Source: Cellvibrionales bacterium UBA1963 (GTDB lineage: Bacteria > Pseudomonadota > Gammaproteobacteria > Pseudomonadales > UBA7434). From it: a stretch of DNA of 64,000 nucleotides. The notes under the pieces were generated by a model. That model did no database searches, was not told the origin of the DNA, and worked only from the letters and a program-made list of their open reading frames with translations. Shown here piece by piece: positions 45,962-57,044 of the stretch. Position 1 is the stretch's first letter; each line of letters begins with the position of its first letter. The translations under genes were made by a program, and so were the position numbers. Location: positions 18,116 to 82,115 of the forward strand of contig DDED01000160.1 in assembly GCA_002336035.1 (NCBI GenBank). Direction: 5' to 3'.

Positions 45962-47884
45962 TTAACTGTCATGGTTTTTATAGTAGCCAAGCTTCTGGTC
46001 CATAAACAGTTTTTTCATTTCTGCTAATGCCTTGGGATCATCAATAGTTGATGGTGGAGTAAAATTTTCACCATCGGCTATCTGCCTTAATACTTTACGA
46101 AGAATTTTTCCCGAGCGAGTTTTTGGTAAGCTTTTCACTATTAAGATATTTTTTAGGTGGGCTACTGCACCGATCTTCTCTCTCACAAGGGTTATTAATT
46201 GAGATGGAATATGATGGATTTCCTTGTCATCCACACCATCTTTAACAATAACCATAGCGACTGGTATTTGCCCCCGGAGTTGATCATGAATGCCAATAAC
46301 AGCGCACTCAGCTATAGCGTGATGTGAGGCAACGATTTCTTCCATTTCTCCGGTAGAAAAACGATGGCCTGCAATATTAATCACATCATCGGTTCGCCCC
46401 ATAACAAATAAATAGCCTTGTTCATCGATATAGCCACCATCACCGGTTAAATAGAATCCTGGAAAGTCATTAAGGTAGCTAGTTTGGTAGCGTTTAAAAT
46501 CATTCCATAGAGTGGGAAAGCTAGACGGCGGCAAGGGCAGCTTAATCAGGATATGCCCTTGATGGTTGGCAGCTAGTAACTGACCTTGATCGTCAACAAT
46601 GCTTAATTCAAAACCAGGAACGGGCAGTGAAGCTGAGCCTGCTTTACACTCAAGGGTTTCAATTCCCGTCATGCTGGCGGCAATTGACCAGCCCGTTTCA
46701 GTTTGCCACCAATGATCAATAACGGGTTTATTGATGAGTGCTTTTAGCCAATCAAACGTAGAAGGGTCTGTTCGCTCGCCTGCAAGAAAGGCCGCTTTCA
46801 GTGATGATAGATCGTAATGACGCAAGAACTTACCTTCTGCGTCTTCTTTCTTAATAGCTCTAAAAGCTGTTGGTGCAGAAAATATTGCATTGACTTTATG
46901 TTGTTCGCAGACGCGCCAAAAAGCACCTGCATCGGGGGTACGGATAGGCTTGCCTTCATATAATATCGAAGTGCAACCCACTAACAAGGGACCGTAGACA
47001 ATATAAGAATGACCGACGACCCAACCGACATCCGATGCAGCCCAGAAAACATCACCGGCTTCCATGTTATAAATAGCTTTCATGCTGTAGTGTAAGGCTA
47101 CGGCATGACCGCCATTGTCTCTTACTACCCCTTTTGGCTTACCGGTTGTGCCAGAGGTGTATAAAATATACAGCGGGTCTGTGGCCTTTACACTTACGCA
47201 GTCAACGGGTGTGGCCTGGCTCACTAAGCTCTGCCAGTCAAGGTGCAGCGCTTTATTGGCGCTCGTCTGTAACTGCGAATCATATTGCTTACGTTGGTAA
47301 ACTACACAATTTTTTATAGAATGCTCAGCTAACGCTATTGCTTCATCAATAATAGGCAAATAGGGGATAATCGTATCAAATTCGATGCCGCATGATGCTG
47401 TTAGAATAACACTAGGTTTAGCATCATCGATACGACTGGCAATTTCTTGAGCAGCGAAACCGCCAAAGACAACAGAGTGAATCGCTCCAATTCTTGCACA
47501 GGCGAGCATGGCGATAACAGCCTGTGGAATCATGGGCAGATAAATTAGTACTCGATCGCCTTTGCTTACCTGCAGTGCGTCGAGCACGCCAGCAAATAAA
47601 GCAACTTGATCACGTAATGTTGAAAAGCTTATCGATTCAATGGTACCGGTAACCGGCGAGTCATAAATAATGGCTGCCTGATTGCCTCGACCCTCTTCTA
47701 TTTGGTGGTCTAATGCCAAATAAGCTGTATTAAGTTCGCCGTCGGCAAACCAGCGGTCAATGCCGTTATCATCTTTGCTTAGGATGGTCTGAGGTGGCTT
47801 GAACCAAGCTAAGGATTCTGCTTTGGCGGCCCAAAAACCAGTCTTATCGTCTAAAGAATGTTGGTACTCTTTTTTATAGCTCAT
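45962..47884 (-). CDS. Acyl-CoA synthetase of the propionate/acetate--CoA ligase (PrpE/Acs) family
   Basis: 640 aa. The N-terminus FWAAKAESLAWFKPP resembles PrpE. AMP-binding motifs are YTSGTTGKPKGV, YLTGDGGYIDEQGY and KTRSGKILR. Confidence 0.8.
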   Translation of the reverse strand: MSYKKEYQHSLDDKTGFWAAKAESLAWFKPPQTILSKDDNGIDRWFADGELNTAYLALDHQIEEGRGNQAAIIYDSPVTGTIESISFSTLRDQVALFAGVLDALQVSKGDRVLIYLPMIPQAVIAMLACARIGAIHSVVFGGFAAQEIASRIDDAKPSVILTASCGIEFDTIIPYLPIIDEAIALAEHSIKNCVVYQRKQYDSQLQTSANKALHLDWQSLVSQATPVDCVSVKATDPLYILYTSGTTGKPKGVVRDNGGHAVALHYSMKAIYNMEAGDVFWAASDVGWVVGHSYIVYGPLLVGCTSILYEGKPIRTPDAGAFWRVCEQHKVNAIFSAPTAFRAIKKEDAEGKFLRHYDLSSLKAAFLAGERTDPSTFDWLKALINKPVIDHWWQTETGWSIAASMTGIETLECKAGSASLPVPGFELSIVDDQGQLLAANHQGHILIKLPLPPSSFPTLWNDFKRYQTSYLNDFPGFYLTGDGGYIDEQGYLFVMGRTDDVINIAGHRFSTGEMEEIVASHHAIAECAVIGIHDQLRGQIPVAMVIVKDGVDDKEIHHIPSQLITLVREKIGAVAHLKNILIVKSLPKTRSGKILRKVLRQIADGENFTPPSTIDDPKALAEMKKLFMDQKLGYYKNHDS

Positions 47885-47924
47885 CCTTTTTCCTGATACT
47901 TATCGCTAAGGAGTGCTGAAGGCG

Positions 47925-49412
47925 TTACTGAGGCGTGCTTTTATCAATACCCAGCGAGGACCAGATTTGATCAATTTTTTCGGTTACTGCAGTGTCCATA
48001 GCGATAGGTTCGCCCCATTCACGGTTGGTTTCACCCGGCCATTTATTTGTGGCATCTAAACCCATTTTAGAACCGAGACCAGAAACTGGGGAGGCAAAAT
48101 CGAGATAATCAATCGGTGTATTTTCAACTAATACGGTATCGCGCGCAGGGTCCATACGTGTTGTCATGGCCCAGATAACATCTTGCCAATTACGTGCATC
48201 GATATCATCATCGGTAACAATGACAAATTTTGTGTACATGAATTGCCGTAGAAAAGACCATACCCCCATCATCACGCGTTTGGCATGGCCAGGGTATTGT
48301 TTCTTTATAGTGACGATGGCAAGACGATAGGAGCAGCCTTCTGGTGGCAAATAAAAATCGCTAATTTCCGGAAAGGTTTTTTGCAATAACGGCACAAATA
48401 CCTCGTTTAAAGCAAGACCAAGAATCGCGGGCTCATCGGGTGGTCTGCCAGTGTAAGTGCTGTGATAAATGGGATTTTCCCGATGAGTAATGGCCGTTAC
48501 TGTCAGCACTGGAAAGCGATCAACCTCGTTATAGTAGCCGGTATGATCGCCAAAGGGACCTTCATCTGCCATTTCACCCGGTGCTATAACGCCTTCTAAA
48601 ATAATTTCGGCATGTGCAGGGATTTGTAAATCAGAGTGAAGACAATCCGCTACTTCTGTCTTAGCTCCTCTTAACAATCCAGCAAAAGCATATTCAGATA
48701 AGCTATCCGGTACAGGTGTCACTGCGCCTAACGTTGTTGCAGGGTCTGCGCCTAGGGCAATTGCGACAGGAAAGCCTTGTCCTGGATTTTCTTGCTGCCA
48801 TTCCTTAAAGTCTAATGCGCCACCACGATGAGAGAGCCAGCGCATAATTAATTTATTCTTGCCAATAACTTGCATTCGATAGATGCCAAGATTCTGTCGG
48901 TCTTTATTAGGCCCTTTAGTGATTACTAAAGGCCAAGTAATTAGGGGTCCAGCGTCGCCAGGCCAACACGTCTGTACCGGTAAACGAGATAGATCGACAT
49001 CTTCACCTATGAATTTTTGAGTTTGGCAGGGTGGCTTTTTAATGGTTTTGGGATTCATATTTAGCACCTGCTTGAAAATGGGTGCTTTTTCCCACATGTC
49101 TTTCAACCCTTTAGGCGGCTCGGGCTCTTTTAAGAAAGCCAGTAATTTACCAATTTCACGAAGGGCTGAGACATGAGTCTCACCCATTGCGAGAGCGACA
49201 CGTTGCTCGGTACCAAAGAGGTTGCCAAGCACCGGCATATCATGACCAATAGGGTTTTCAAACAGAATAGCTGGACCACGCTGTTTTAACGCGCGGTCAC
49301 AAATTTCAGTCATTTCGAGATTGGGGTCAATAGGCGCTGTGACTCTCACTAATTGACCATTGGCTTCTAGGTAATCAATAAAGTCACGCAAGTCATTAAA
49401 TTGCAAACTCAT
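47925..49412 (-). CDS. ubiD: 4-hydroxy-3-polyprenylbenzoate decarboxylase (UbiD)
   Basis: 495 aa, with [30 protein letters not shown] and FGDHTGYY. Typical UbiD. Confidence 0.9.
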   Translation of the reverse strand: MSLQFNDLRDFIDYLEANGQLVRVTAPIDPNLEMTEICDRALKQRGPAILFENPIGHDMPVLGNLFGTEQRVALAMGETHVSALREIGKLLAFLKEPEPPKGLKDMWEKAPIFKQVLNMNPKTIKKPPCQTQKFIGEDVDLSRLPVQTCWPGDAGPLITWPLVITKGPNKDRQNLGIYRMQVIGKNKLIMRWLSHRGGALDFKEWQQENPGQGFPVAIALGADPATTLGAVTPVPDSLSEYAFAGLLRGAKTEVADCLHSDLQIPAHAEIILEGVIAPGEMADEGPFGDHTGYYNEVDRFPVLTVTAITHRENPIYHSTYTGRPPDEPAILGLALNEVFVPLLQKTFPEISDFYLPPEGCSYRLAIVTIKKQYPGHAKRVMMGVWSFLRQFMYTKFVIVTDDDIDARNWQDVIWAMTTRMDPARDTVLVENTPIDYLDFASPVSGLGSKMGLDATNKWPGETNREWGEPIAMDTAVTEKIDQIWSSLGIDKSTPQ

Positions 49413-49423
49413 ACTCTAGACCA

Positions 49424-50704
49424 CTAGGCTATTTTACCGGTTTTTTGACGTTTCATTGAGGTGAAAAATTCGTCATTAGTTTTGGTGTCTTTTAGTTTGT
49501 CGATAAGAAATTCAACTGCTTGCGAATCTTCCATTGAATGCAGTAGTTTGCGTAAAATCCACATGTGTTGTAGCTCTTCTTCTTTGGTCAAGAGCTCTTC
49601 ACGACGGGTGCCGGAGCGTCGAATATTAATTGCCGGATAAACGCGTTTCTCAGCCACCTTACGATCAAGGTGAAGCTCCATGTTGCCGGTGCCTTTGAAT
49701 TCTTCGTAAATGACCTCATCCATTTTTGAACCGGTATCAATTAATGCCGTTGCGATGATCGTGAGGCTACCGCCTTCTTCAATATTTCTGGCAGCACCAA
49801 AGAATCGTTTTGGACGCTCAAGTGCATGAGCATCAACACCGCCTGTTAGCACCTTGCCTGAACTCGGTATAATAGTGTTGTAGGCGCGAGCTAATCGCGT
49901 AATGGAGTCTAATAAAATAATAACATTTCGTTTATGTTCAGTCAGTCGCTTGGCTTTTTCAATGACCATTTCAGCAACTTGAACATGTCGTGCAGGTGGT
50001 TCGTCAAAAGTGCTGGCGATGACCTCTGCGGCGCGAACAGAACGGACCATCTCAGTCACTTCTTCTGGTCTTTCGTCAATGAGTAAAACGATGACATAGC
50101 ATTCAGGATTGTTACGGATAATAGCCTGGGCCATATTCTGAAGAATTAATGTTTTACCTGCTTTTGGCGGTGAAACGATGAGACCTCGCTGACCTTTACC
50201 GATGGGCGCGCTTAAGTCAATAATGCGGCCAGATAAATCCTCAGTACTGCCATTGCCTGACTCAAGGATTAATCGCTCATCAGGGAATAGCGGTGTTAAA
50301 TTTTCAAATAATATTTTTTGTCTTGAATTGTCTGGCTTGTCAAAATTAATTTCACTGACTTTTAATAGAGCAAAGTAGCGTTCGCCATCTTTGGGTGGTC
50401 GTATTTTTCCTGCAATCGTGTCACCCGTTCGCAGATTAAACCGTCTTATTTGGCTTGGAGAAACATATATATCATCGGGTCCGGCAAGGTAGGAGCAATC
50501 AGCTGAGCGAAGGAATCCAAAGCCGTCTTGCAAAATCTCTAATACGCCGTCGCCATAAATATCCTCACCGCCTTTAGCATGCCGTTTGAGGATAGAAAAA
50601 ATAATATCTTGCTTGCGGGAGCGAGCAACATTATCGAGACCCATGGTCTCTGCAATTTTAACGAGTTCGGAAATTGGTTTAGATTTTAGGTCAGTTAGAT
50701 TCAT
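49424..50704 (-). CDS. rho: Transcription termination factor Rho
   Basis: 426 aa, with [15 protein letters not shown], the RNA-binding domain, and P-loop [17 protein letters not shown]. Confidence 0.96.
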   Translation of the reverse strand: MNLTDLKSKPISELVKIAETMGLDNVARSRKQDIIFSILKRHAKGGEDIYGDGVLEILQDGFGFLRSADCSYLAGPDDIYVSPSQIRRFNLRTGDTIAGKIRPPKDGERYFALLKVSEINFDKPDNSRQKILFENLTPLFPDERLILESGNGSTEDLSGRIIDLSAPIGKGQRGLIVSPPKAGKTLILQNMAQAIIRNNPECYVIVLLIDERPEEVTEMVRSVRAAEVIASTFDEPPARHVQVAEMVIEKAKRLTEHKRNVIILLDSITRLARAYNTIIPSSGKVLTGGVDAHALERPKRFFGAARNIEEGGSLTIIATALIDTGSKMDEVIYEEFKGTGNMELHLDRKVAEKRVYPAINIRRSGTRREELLTKEEELQHMWILRKLLHSMEDSQAVEFLIDKLKDTKTNDEFFTSMKRQKTGKIA

Positions 50705-51203
50705 AGTTAGGATAGACTGTTATAAGGTAAGGAATGATTTAGCTACAGGAGCTAAAAGATGTGGGTTAGGTGATGATAAAAATGTTCTGATTTATTTTTC
50801 AGCTTAGGTACATGAAGGCTATACAAAATTCAGGTAATTAAATATGAGGCAATTTAAACTTGTCTCTAGCGATCACGCACTGTCATAAAGAAACATGGAT
50901 TGATCTATAAAAATCGGTGAGTTTGAATGACAGCAGAAGTTTAGATTTAGTTATAAAGTCACCATAGCATCATAAATTACTATCGTCTAGCCAAAATTTC
51001 AGCTTTTTGGATTTAGTTGGGTTTGCATGGGTCAATTAAGGGTGTTGGGCAATGTTTGCGTACCATTGTTATTGAATAAGCCCATAGTGTTTAAGCGGTG
51101 GAGCGCCGAGATGTTCACGGATACGGCGCGCAATTGCATGACAGCGGAGCGCCAGGCGTTAGGCTTAAAAATAAGCTAAAAAAACAGCGACTTAATTTTA
51201 AAT

Positions 51204-51530
51204 TTATAGGCTAGATTCAACAAATTCTTCAAGCTGTGTCTTTGATAGCGCACCGACTTTAGTGGCCTGAGCGCTCCCATTTTTAAAAAGCATTAATGTG
51301 GGTATCCCACGAATACCGTGTTTTTGAGCAATCTCTTTATTGGTGTCGACATCAACTTTTACAATTTTTATCTTCCCTGCATACGACTCGGCGACTTCCT
51401 CAAGGACTGGGGCAATCATCTTGCAGGGGCCACACCATTCGGCCCAGTAATCAACAAGCACAGGAATGTCTGAATTTATGACTTCCGCTTCAAACGAGGC
51501 ATCGGTGGCGTGAACGATACTATTTCCCAT
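51204..51530 (-). CDS. trxA: Thioredoxin 1
   Basis: 108 aa with the WCGPCK active site. Confidence 0.96.
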   Translation of the reverse strand: MGNSIVHATDASFEAEVINSDIPVLVDYWAEWCGPCKMIAPVLEEVAESYAGKIKIVKVDVDTNKEIAQKHGIRGIPTLMLFKNGSAQATKVGALSKTQLEEFVESSL

Positions 51531-51705
51531 GATTTTCTCCTGATCGGTAAAATGGCATATAAACCTTATGGATCCGATTGACGATAAGCGAACAATAAAT
51601 GGATCTGCATAAGCATAAAAAGTGTAACAGCCTTTTTTAAAAGGCGATACAAGTAACTATTGGGGCGCGTTGATTATATTTCAAGTCGCTAAGAGCGCGC
51701 CTTGA

Positions 51706-52113
51706 TCAAGATGAACGTTTAAAAGCAATCAATGCGATAATAGCCGTACTCAGCTCGTATATAATAGCACCAAAGGTGTACGCGCTTGCGATGCCTAAGC
51801 TCTCGTTGCTGGCAGTGACATAAGAACCAACCAATATCAGGCCGATTAATCGGCTGACACCCAGTCCACCAATAGCAAAACTAATTGAAAGTAGCGCGGA
51901 GCGAGTGTAACGGTCATTGAATGCCGAATACAGACACCATAAACCAAAACCTATTTGCAGCCCTCCATACATTGCGGCAGTTTCGACGAAGGCGTCGGCA
52001 CCGTTCATGGTGTAGCCGATATAGTTCACGGGCACATTAGGGTCATATAAGCAAACGCCGCCATAGGCTACAAACACGATGCCTGTGAGCCATAAAATGA
52101 ATTTACCCAACAT
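51706..52113 (-). CDS. Small four-helix integral membrane protein (DUF4345-like)
   Basis: 135-aa hydrophobic ORF with four predicted TM segments. The family assignment is from memory of the N-terminal pattern only. Confidence 0.5.
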   Translation of the reverse strand: MLGKFILWLTGIVFVAYGGVCLYDPNVPVNYIGYTMNGADAFVETAAMYGGLQIGFGLWCLYSAFNDRYTRSALLSISFAIGGLGVSRLIGLILVGSYVTASNESLGIASAYTFGAIIYELSTAIIALIAFKRSS

Positions 52114-52298
52114 ACATATTCCCCTTAAGTGAGTCGCTAAAGTATCTTAAGTGAATTATAAGACATGCTTAAGGTAAACTCTATCTGAGCATGGCGATTA
52201 AATATGGCCATTCAGTCATGTATCAGTAGGTCTGGGATCGCCTAACCATCAAGACTGTATGCGCGTAAGCGGCTTTAATTTGGAATCATCATTTGATG

Positions 52299-52499
52299 TT
52301 AATAGTGAGGTGGTGGCTGGTCATCGATGCCTTGCTGATCATCTTTGTCGAGTGATTGCAGGTGCGTTCGCATACGATGTTGGTCATTTTTCAGTAAATC
52401 AATTTGCTGCTGTTGCGAATAGAGCACATCAGACAATTCATTCATACTTTGCTCTAAAAAAGCAATTTTAACCTCTAGCTCTACGGTTTTGTCTGACAT
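52299..52499 (-). CDS. slyX: SlyX-family coiled-coil protein
   Basis: MSDKTVELEVKIAFLEQSMNELSDVLYSQQQQIDLL, about 66 aa, starting at the ATG at 52499. It neighbours an FKBP gene, as slyX does in enterics. The ORF-track N-terminal extension is unlikely. Confidence 0.72.
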   Translation of the reverse strand: MSDKTVELEVKIAFLEQSMNELSDVLYSQQQQIDLLKNDQHRMRTHLQSLDKDDQQGIDDQPPPHY

Positions 52500-52722
52500 A
52501 ACTGCTCCCTCTGCAAAGCAATATTGATGTGTTGACTCAACACGAAAACATACGTGCTGTGTGAGATCATTATACCGATTAAATGAGCAAGCCACCAATT
52601 GAATTCAATGTATGTTGGCCATCATAGAGTTGCTTATCTGTCATGGTTTTCAACAGTATTGAATCATTATTGACGGTGAAAAGAGAGGTATAATTTAAAA
52701 AAATATGAACGGTGAGTGTCAA

Positions 52723-53274
52723 ATGAATGGTTTATGGTCTTTTTCAGTGATGTTGTATGGAGCTGATGAAGTGAAGCAGCTCTGCCTAACGCTTCAAGAT
52801 GAAGAGGGTATTGATGTGTGCCTATTATTATCTTTAGTGTGGTTGGGTACTCATGGCATCTCGCTCGATAGATCATCAATGACCTCGCTATACTATTCTG
52901 TCTTGCGTTGGCAATTGCTGGTCACAACGCGGTTAAGACGTTACCGCTTATCCTGCCAACTGAGTAAAAGTAGATTTTCAAAATCAATCTTTAACCCACT
53001 TATGCATCCGCTTTACTCGTTATTGAAAATACTGGAGCTAACAGCTGAAAAAGCATCTTTCTGGCGGATAAATTGTTTTTTAAAAGAAAGATTCCCTTTA
53101 ATTATTGAGGATGCTGCACACCCAAAAATGGCGGATCAAATAACAACCGAACAAATGGCTGTTGCGATGCAATATAATTTAGCCAGTTATTTTGAAATTG
53201 ACGCAAACGACAGGCGATCAACCCTTCAGCCAGAGCAAATAACCGCGATATTGTTAAATTATTTGCCCAGATAG
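52723..53274 (+). CDS. DUF2390/TIGR02444-like hypothetical protein
   Basis: MNGLWSFSVMLYGADEVKQLCLTLQDEEGIDVCLLLSLVWL matches my recollection of the DUF2390 N-terminal signature. Confidence 0.55.
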   Translation: MNGLWSFSVMLYGADEVKQLCLTLQDEEGIDVCLLLSLVWLGTHGISLDRSSMTSLYYSVLRWQLLVTTRLRRYRLSCQLSKSRFSKSIFNPLMHPLYSLLKILELTAEKASFWRINCFLKERFPLIIEDAAHPKMADQITTEQMAVAMQYNLASYFEIDANDRRSTLQPEQITAILLNYLPR

Positions 53275-53471
53275 CTATTTTTATCGTTCGATAGTCAGTA
53301 TCGCTATATACTGATGAAACCATGATATGATTAACGATTAAAAACTGATCATAAAACAAACCAATTCAGCCAATAAAAGGCTCATTGTCCACCTCTAAAC
53401 TTGCTGTGGGCTGATTGTAAACAGGCACAATATTTTTTTAACAATAAACTGTATAGATAGGGAAGAAATCA

Positions 53472-54209
53472 ATGAATATAATCAAAGCAGTAATCGCAAC
53501 AGCGATCGTAACGGGCACAATTACTGGCTGTGATCAATCTACGTCAGGATTGCCTCGTGCCTCCGATAAGCCTGAATCTGAGCTTACAATGCAAAGTTAT
53601 GCACTGGGTCACAATATGGGTGGCAGTCTGAAAGCAGCAGGCATTGAAATTGATTCTGCCTATTTTAATGCGGGTTTTTATGATGCAGCTGATGGCACTC
53701 AGCTCATGAGTCAAGAAGAGATCCAAACAGCATTAATGAATTTACAACAGGCCACGCAAGAAGCGCAGCAAGCGAAAATGACAGAAGTTATAGAAGGCAA
53801 TTTGAAAGCCTCAGAAGACAGTTTAGCAGCAAATGCCGAGCTTGAGGGTATGGTTGTGACCGAGAGTGGTTTGCAATACAAGGTGATAACTGCTGGTGAT
53901 GGTGCGCAACCGAAAGCGACAGACAGCGTGACTGTTCACTATGAAGGTCGGCTATTTGACGGCACAGTATTCGACAGCTCAATTGCCCGAGGTGAGCCGG
54001 TGACTTTTGCGGTAGGTGGCGTGATACCAGGCTGGACTGAGGCCTTACAATTAATGCCGGTCGGTTCGAAATGGCAGTTGTTTATTCCATCAAGTTTGGC
54101 TTATGGGGAAAGCGGTGCTGGCGGGCAGATTGAGCCCAACATGGCTTTAGTGTTCGATGTTGAATTAATCGAAATCGTTAGTGAGGAGCCACCAGTACCC
54201 GCTGAATAA
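53472..54209 (+). CDS. FKBP-type peptidyl-prolyl cis-trans isomerase lipoprotein (FkpA/FklB-like)
   Basis: Lipobox TGTITGCDQS, an N-terminal dimerisation helix, and the FKBP core VTVHYEGRLFDGTVFDSS...GVIPGWTEALQLMPVGSKW...LVFDVELI. Confidence 0.85.
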   Translation: MNIIKAVIATAIVTGTITGCDQSTSGLPRASDKPESELTMQSYALGHNMGGSLKAAGIEIDSAYFNAGFYDAADGTQLMSQEEIQTALMNLQQATQEAQQAKMTEVIEGNLKASEDSLAANAELEGMVVTESGLQYKVITAGDGAQPKATDSVTVHYEGRLFDGTVFDSSIARGEPVTFAVGGVIPGWTEALQLMPVGSKWQLFIPSSLAYGESGAGGQIEPNMALVFDVELIEIVSEEPPVPAE

Positions 54210-54237
54210 TCGTTGTTTCGCCATTAGATAACATACG

Positions 54238-55254
54238 CTATGGTGGCATTATCGATGCTGCCATAGCGTATTTAAACTGGTGAAATAAACCGTTGGTCGT
54301 TATCGCGCTGTAATGGCCCTTACTGGTAAATGCCACGGCTAACACTGTCGATTGGTTAGGCTTTATAAAATACCGTTTAGGCATCGTCCATTGTTGCTGA
54401 AGCTTAAATGCGACTAAATCCCATAGTTGCACAACCCCTCCTGTTGTTCCTGTCAGTAACCACCGATTATCGTTTGAAAACTTTGCCGCTGTGAATACGA
54501 CCCCACGTTTTAAATGACTTTTAGACAAGGGTATCTCGCCGAACAAACTTGCGTTATTGGTATTCCAGACGATAACTTTGTCGTATCTTGCTACGGTGAG
54601 TGCTAGGCTCCCATCGGGTGACAATTTGACTAGGTTAACTGGGCCATTATGAGCAAGCCGTTTACTGTGCAGGGGCTTTGATAAATTCCATATTTTAGCG
54701 CTATGATCGTCCGAACCAGTGATAGCAATGTTTGTATTGGCATTAAGGTCAACACTGTTTACGCGTCCTTTATGATTGAAGACTGCTAGGGTTGATCCTG
54801 AGGGAATATCGATCATCAGTGACGTATGATTCTCTAGGGCAATAATCATTGCATTATTCTGATTCAAGAGGGCAAGTTGATTAATCTTACTGGGAGCCAG
54901 AAAAGATCTAATATGAAAACCGTGAGAAGCGTTCCAAATAGAGATTGACGTGTTATTGCTGACGGTTGCGGCTAATTCCCCGTTATCCGTGATTGAGACA
55001 AGGTGAATAGCTTCATCTTGCTCAGGGTTATGATGCCACTTAAAAAGACGATTTTTACTTTGATTATCCCAGAGACTGGCGCCATTATTCATCGAGCCGA
55101 TAATCGCAATTTTTCCGCTTTCATTGATCGCTGCAGAGTAAATACCATCATTTGCCAACACCGCATAATCCTGTGAGCGATCATTGATGCAACCGACTAA
55201 TGCTATTGTAAGAGAGATTAGCAATAGCGCAGGCGTTTGTTTGGCTGCTATCAT
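54238..55254 (-). CDS. WD40/beta-propeller repeat lipoprotein
   Basis: Lipobox LVGCINDRS. Repeated units end in (I/V)W(N/D), for example ASLWDN, ISIWNA, AKIWNL, VIVWNT and VQLWDL. Confidence 0.65.
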   Translation of the reverse strand: MIAAKQTPALLLISLTIALVGCINDRSQDYAVLANDGIYSAAINESGKIAIIGSMNNGASLWDNQSKNRLFKWHHNPEQDEAIHLVSITDNGELAATVSNNTSISIWNASHGFHIRSFLAPSKINQLALLNQNNAMIIALENHTSLMIDIPSGSTLAVFNHKGRVNSVDLNANTNIAITGSDDHSAKIWNLSKPLHSKRLAHNGPVNLVKLSPDGSLALTVARYDKVIVWNTNNASLFGEIPLSKSHLKRGVVFTAAKFSNDNRWLLTGTTGGVVQLWDLVAFKLQQQWTMPKRYFIKPNQSTVLAVAFTSKGHYSAITTNGLFHQFKYAMAASIMPP

Positions 55255-55475
55255 TTATTCGGTTCTCACTTATTTAATGCCAGCGATGACTATAACAGAA
55301 GTTACAGTGACTGTGGACTCAAGCGAAATAATTGAATGTCTGAGGAAAGTGACTTGCTATCTTATGGTGCTAGTGCCGCTGCCCTGAGGGTTAGCAGGCG
55401 GCACTAGGCCATAAATAATTGAGATTGTGATGCGACACCCGCTGAGCTAAAGGGTCGCTAGGAATTAAGCTACGG

Positions 55476-55964
55476 CTATGCGTTGACTATTAAATTACTG
55501 TGAGCGTAATGCAGGCTTTCAATCAGTTGGTCTTCTAATTCAAATCGTAATACCAATGTTTCGCCTAGTTTTGACAGATCACGTGCTAAAGTTGGACTGC
55601 TATTGTCATCTTTGAGTGCGGAATCAAAACTGTCATTAAAAGCCAATGCCACTTCAGTTGTTTTACTCACCTGGGGGTAAAGTTTTCTAGCAACTTCCAG
55701 TCCTTTGCCATCATTAAATTCTTCAGCCTCTTGAATCAAGTGGTCGTAAACCTCGAAGTGACCTGCAGAAATATAGTCGACCATGAGTTCACAGAAATGC
55801 CTAAGCGCCTCTGTGGTGTTCGTCTGATTCATCGCAGATGAATCGTGAACACCAGTAATGGTGCAGAACTCAACAATTAATTCTTGTCGCTGTTCAAGCC
55901 ATTTATCGAGAATCTTACTGACTCCGCCCCAACGCTCTTTAGTGGTTTTGCAGTTTTCTAACAT
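55476..55964 (-). CDS. rsd: Rsd/AlgQ-family regulator of sigma D
   Basis: 162 aa. ERWGGVSKILDKWLEQRQELIV and VDYISAGHFEVYD fit the Rsd/AlgQ pattern. Confidence 0.75.
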   Translation of the reverse strand: MLENCKTTKERWGGVSKILDKWLEQRQELIVEFCTITGVHDSSAMNQTNTTEALRHFCELMVDYISAGHFEVYDHLIQEAEEFNDGKGLEVARKLYPQVSKTTEVALAFNDSFDSALKDDNSSPTLARDLSKLGETLVLRFELEDQLIESLHYAHSNLIVNA

Positions 55965-56366
55965 AAGGTAGTCCTTTTTTAGCGGTTACTAGCTCACAAA
56001 GCCAGTGATTGACCTAAGCTGACGGCGTGATGAGTCAAAGCATGGGCTGCCAGCGCTTAATGCATAGCCCCCATTTTGGTTTATCTTCAGAGGGTTCCTC
56101 TGGATTCGCTCTGCATGAAATGCTGGTTAAGGCATTAATGCGTTACTCTCGCTGTTCAACGTCGTTAGATAAAGCTTAGAAAAGGACTGAGATTTTCTCA
56201 AGAAATGACTAGGCCAATAATTAACATAATTTAGAGGTAATGACCATAAACCATTGTTTTTTATAATTTTATTGGTTAATTAAGCTGTTGATATTTGATA
56301 ATTATGACTGTTATTTAAACTAAAAGAATGAGGAATTTTCCACATTATGCGGCATGACTGGTTACA

Positions 56367-56873
56367 TTATGACCGACTGTACTCTTGTCGCAACTGCATT
56401 AACCAAATAATAGCTAACCCCGTAAAACTGATAGCGGCCCAACCAGGAATGCTAATTGTCAAAAAGCGCCAAGTAACTTCGGCACAATTGCCATCACCGC
56501 GGAGCAATATACTGAGTGCTTCATTAATAGGAAACGTATCTAAGATAAACTCAATACTAGGGCCGCACGCGGGCGCTTGATCAGCGGGCAGGCTCTGCAA
56601 ATAAAGTTGCCTGCCTGCAAAACCAGCGCCTGCAAAGGAAAATCCCGCTCCTAAAAAGGCGTAGACACCCGTCATTCGGCGCGAAGGGTTATGAATGAGG
56701 GCTATGAGGGCCGTAATCCCACACAGAAAAAAGAAAAATCGTTGAGTAATACACAGTGGGCAAGGCGCTAAGTCGTCAACATATTGTAAAAAATAGCCAA
56801 ACCCCAATAAGCTAATAATGCCGATTAAGATCAGCCAGCGTAACCGCTGAACGGTGATTAGGGTTTGATTCAT
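56367..56873 (-). CDS. dsbB: Disulfide bond formation protein B
   Basis: Four TM segments, a first periplasmic loop with CPLC, and a second Cys pair (C...C) in loop 2. The start is at 56873 or 56894. Confidence 0.85.
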   Translation of the reverse strand: MNQTLITVQRLRWLILIGIISLLGFGYFLQYVDDLAPCPLCITQRFFFFLCGITALIALIHNPSRRMTGVYAFLGAGFSFAGAGFAGRQLYLQSLPADQAPACGPSIEFILDTFPINEALSILLRGDGNCAEVTWRFLTISIPGWAAISFTGLAIIWLMQLRQEYSRS

Positions 56874-57044
56874 TGTAACAATTTCTCCTGGCAAGCATTG
56901 CTAGTCTCGTGCCAATGCTCCGCTCTTCTATACTATTTAAGTAAGTTTGACGCCAATTTATCGATCAAGAATACAGTAAATCATAGTTGAAAATCATGAT
57001 AAATCATCACAATGTGGAAAAGATGTAAAAGGGTAATACAGTCA

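Noticed and set aside
55368-55405. GC-rich hairpin CTAGTGCCGCTGCC...GCAGGCGGCACTAG downstream of rsd
   Set aside because: The stem is good, but neither orientation has a U-tract and one arm has a bulge. It may be a Rho-dependent or stabilising structure, so I do not list it as a terminator.
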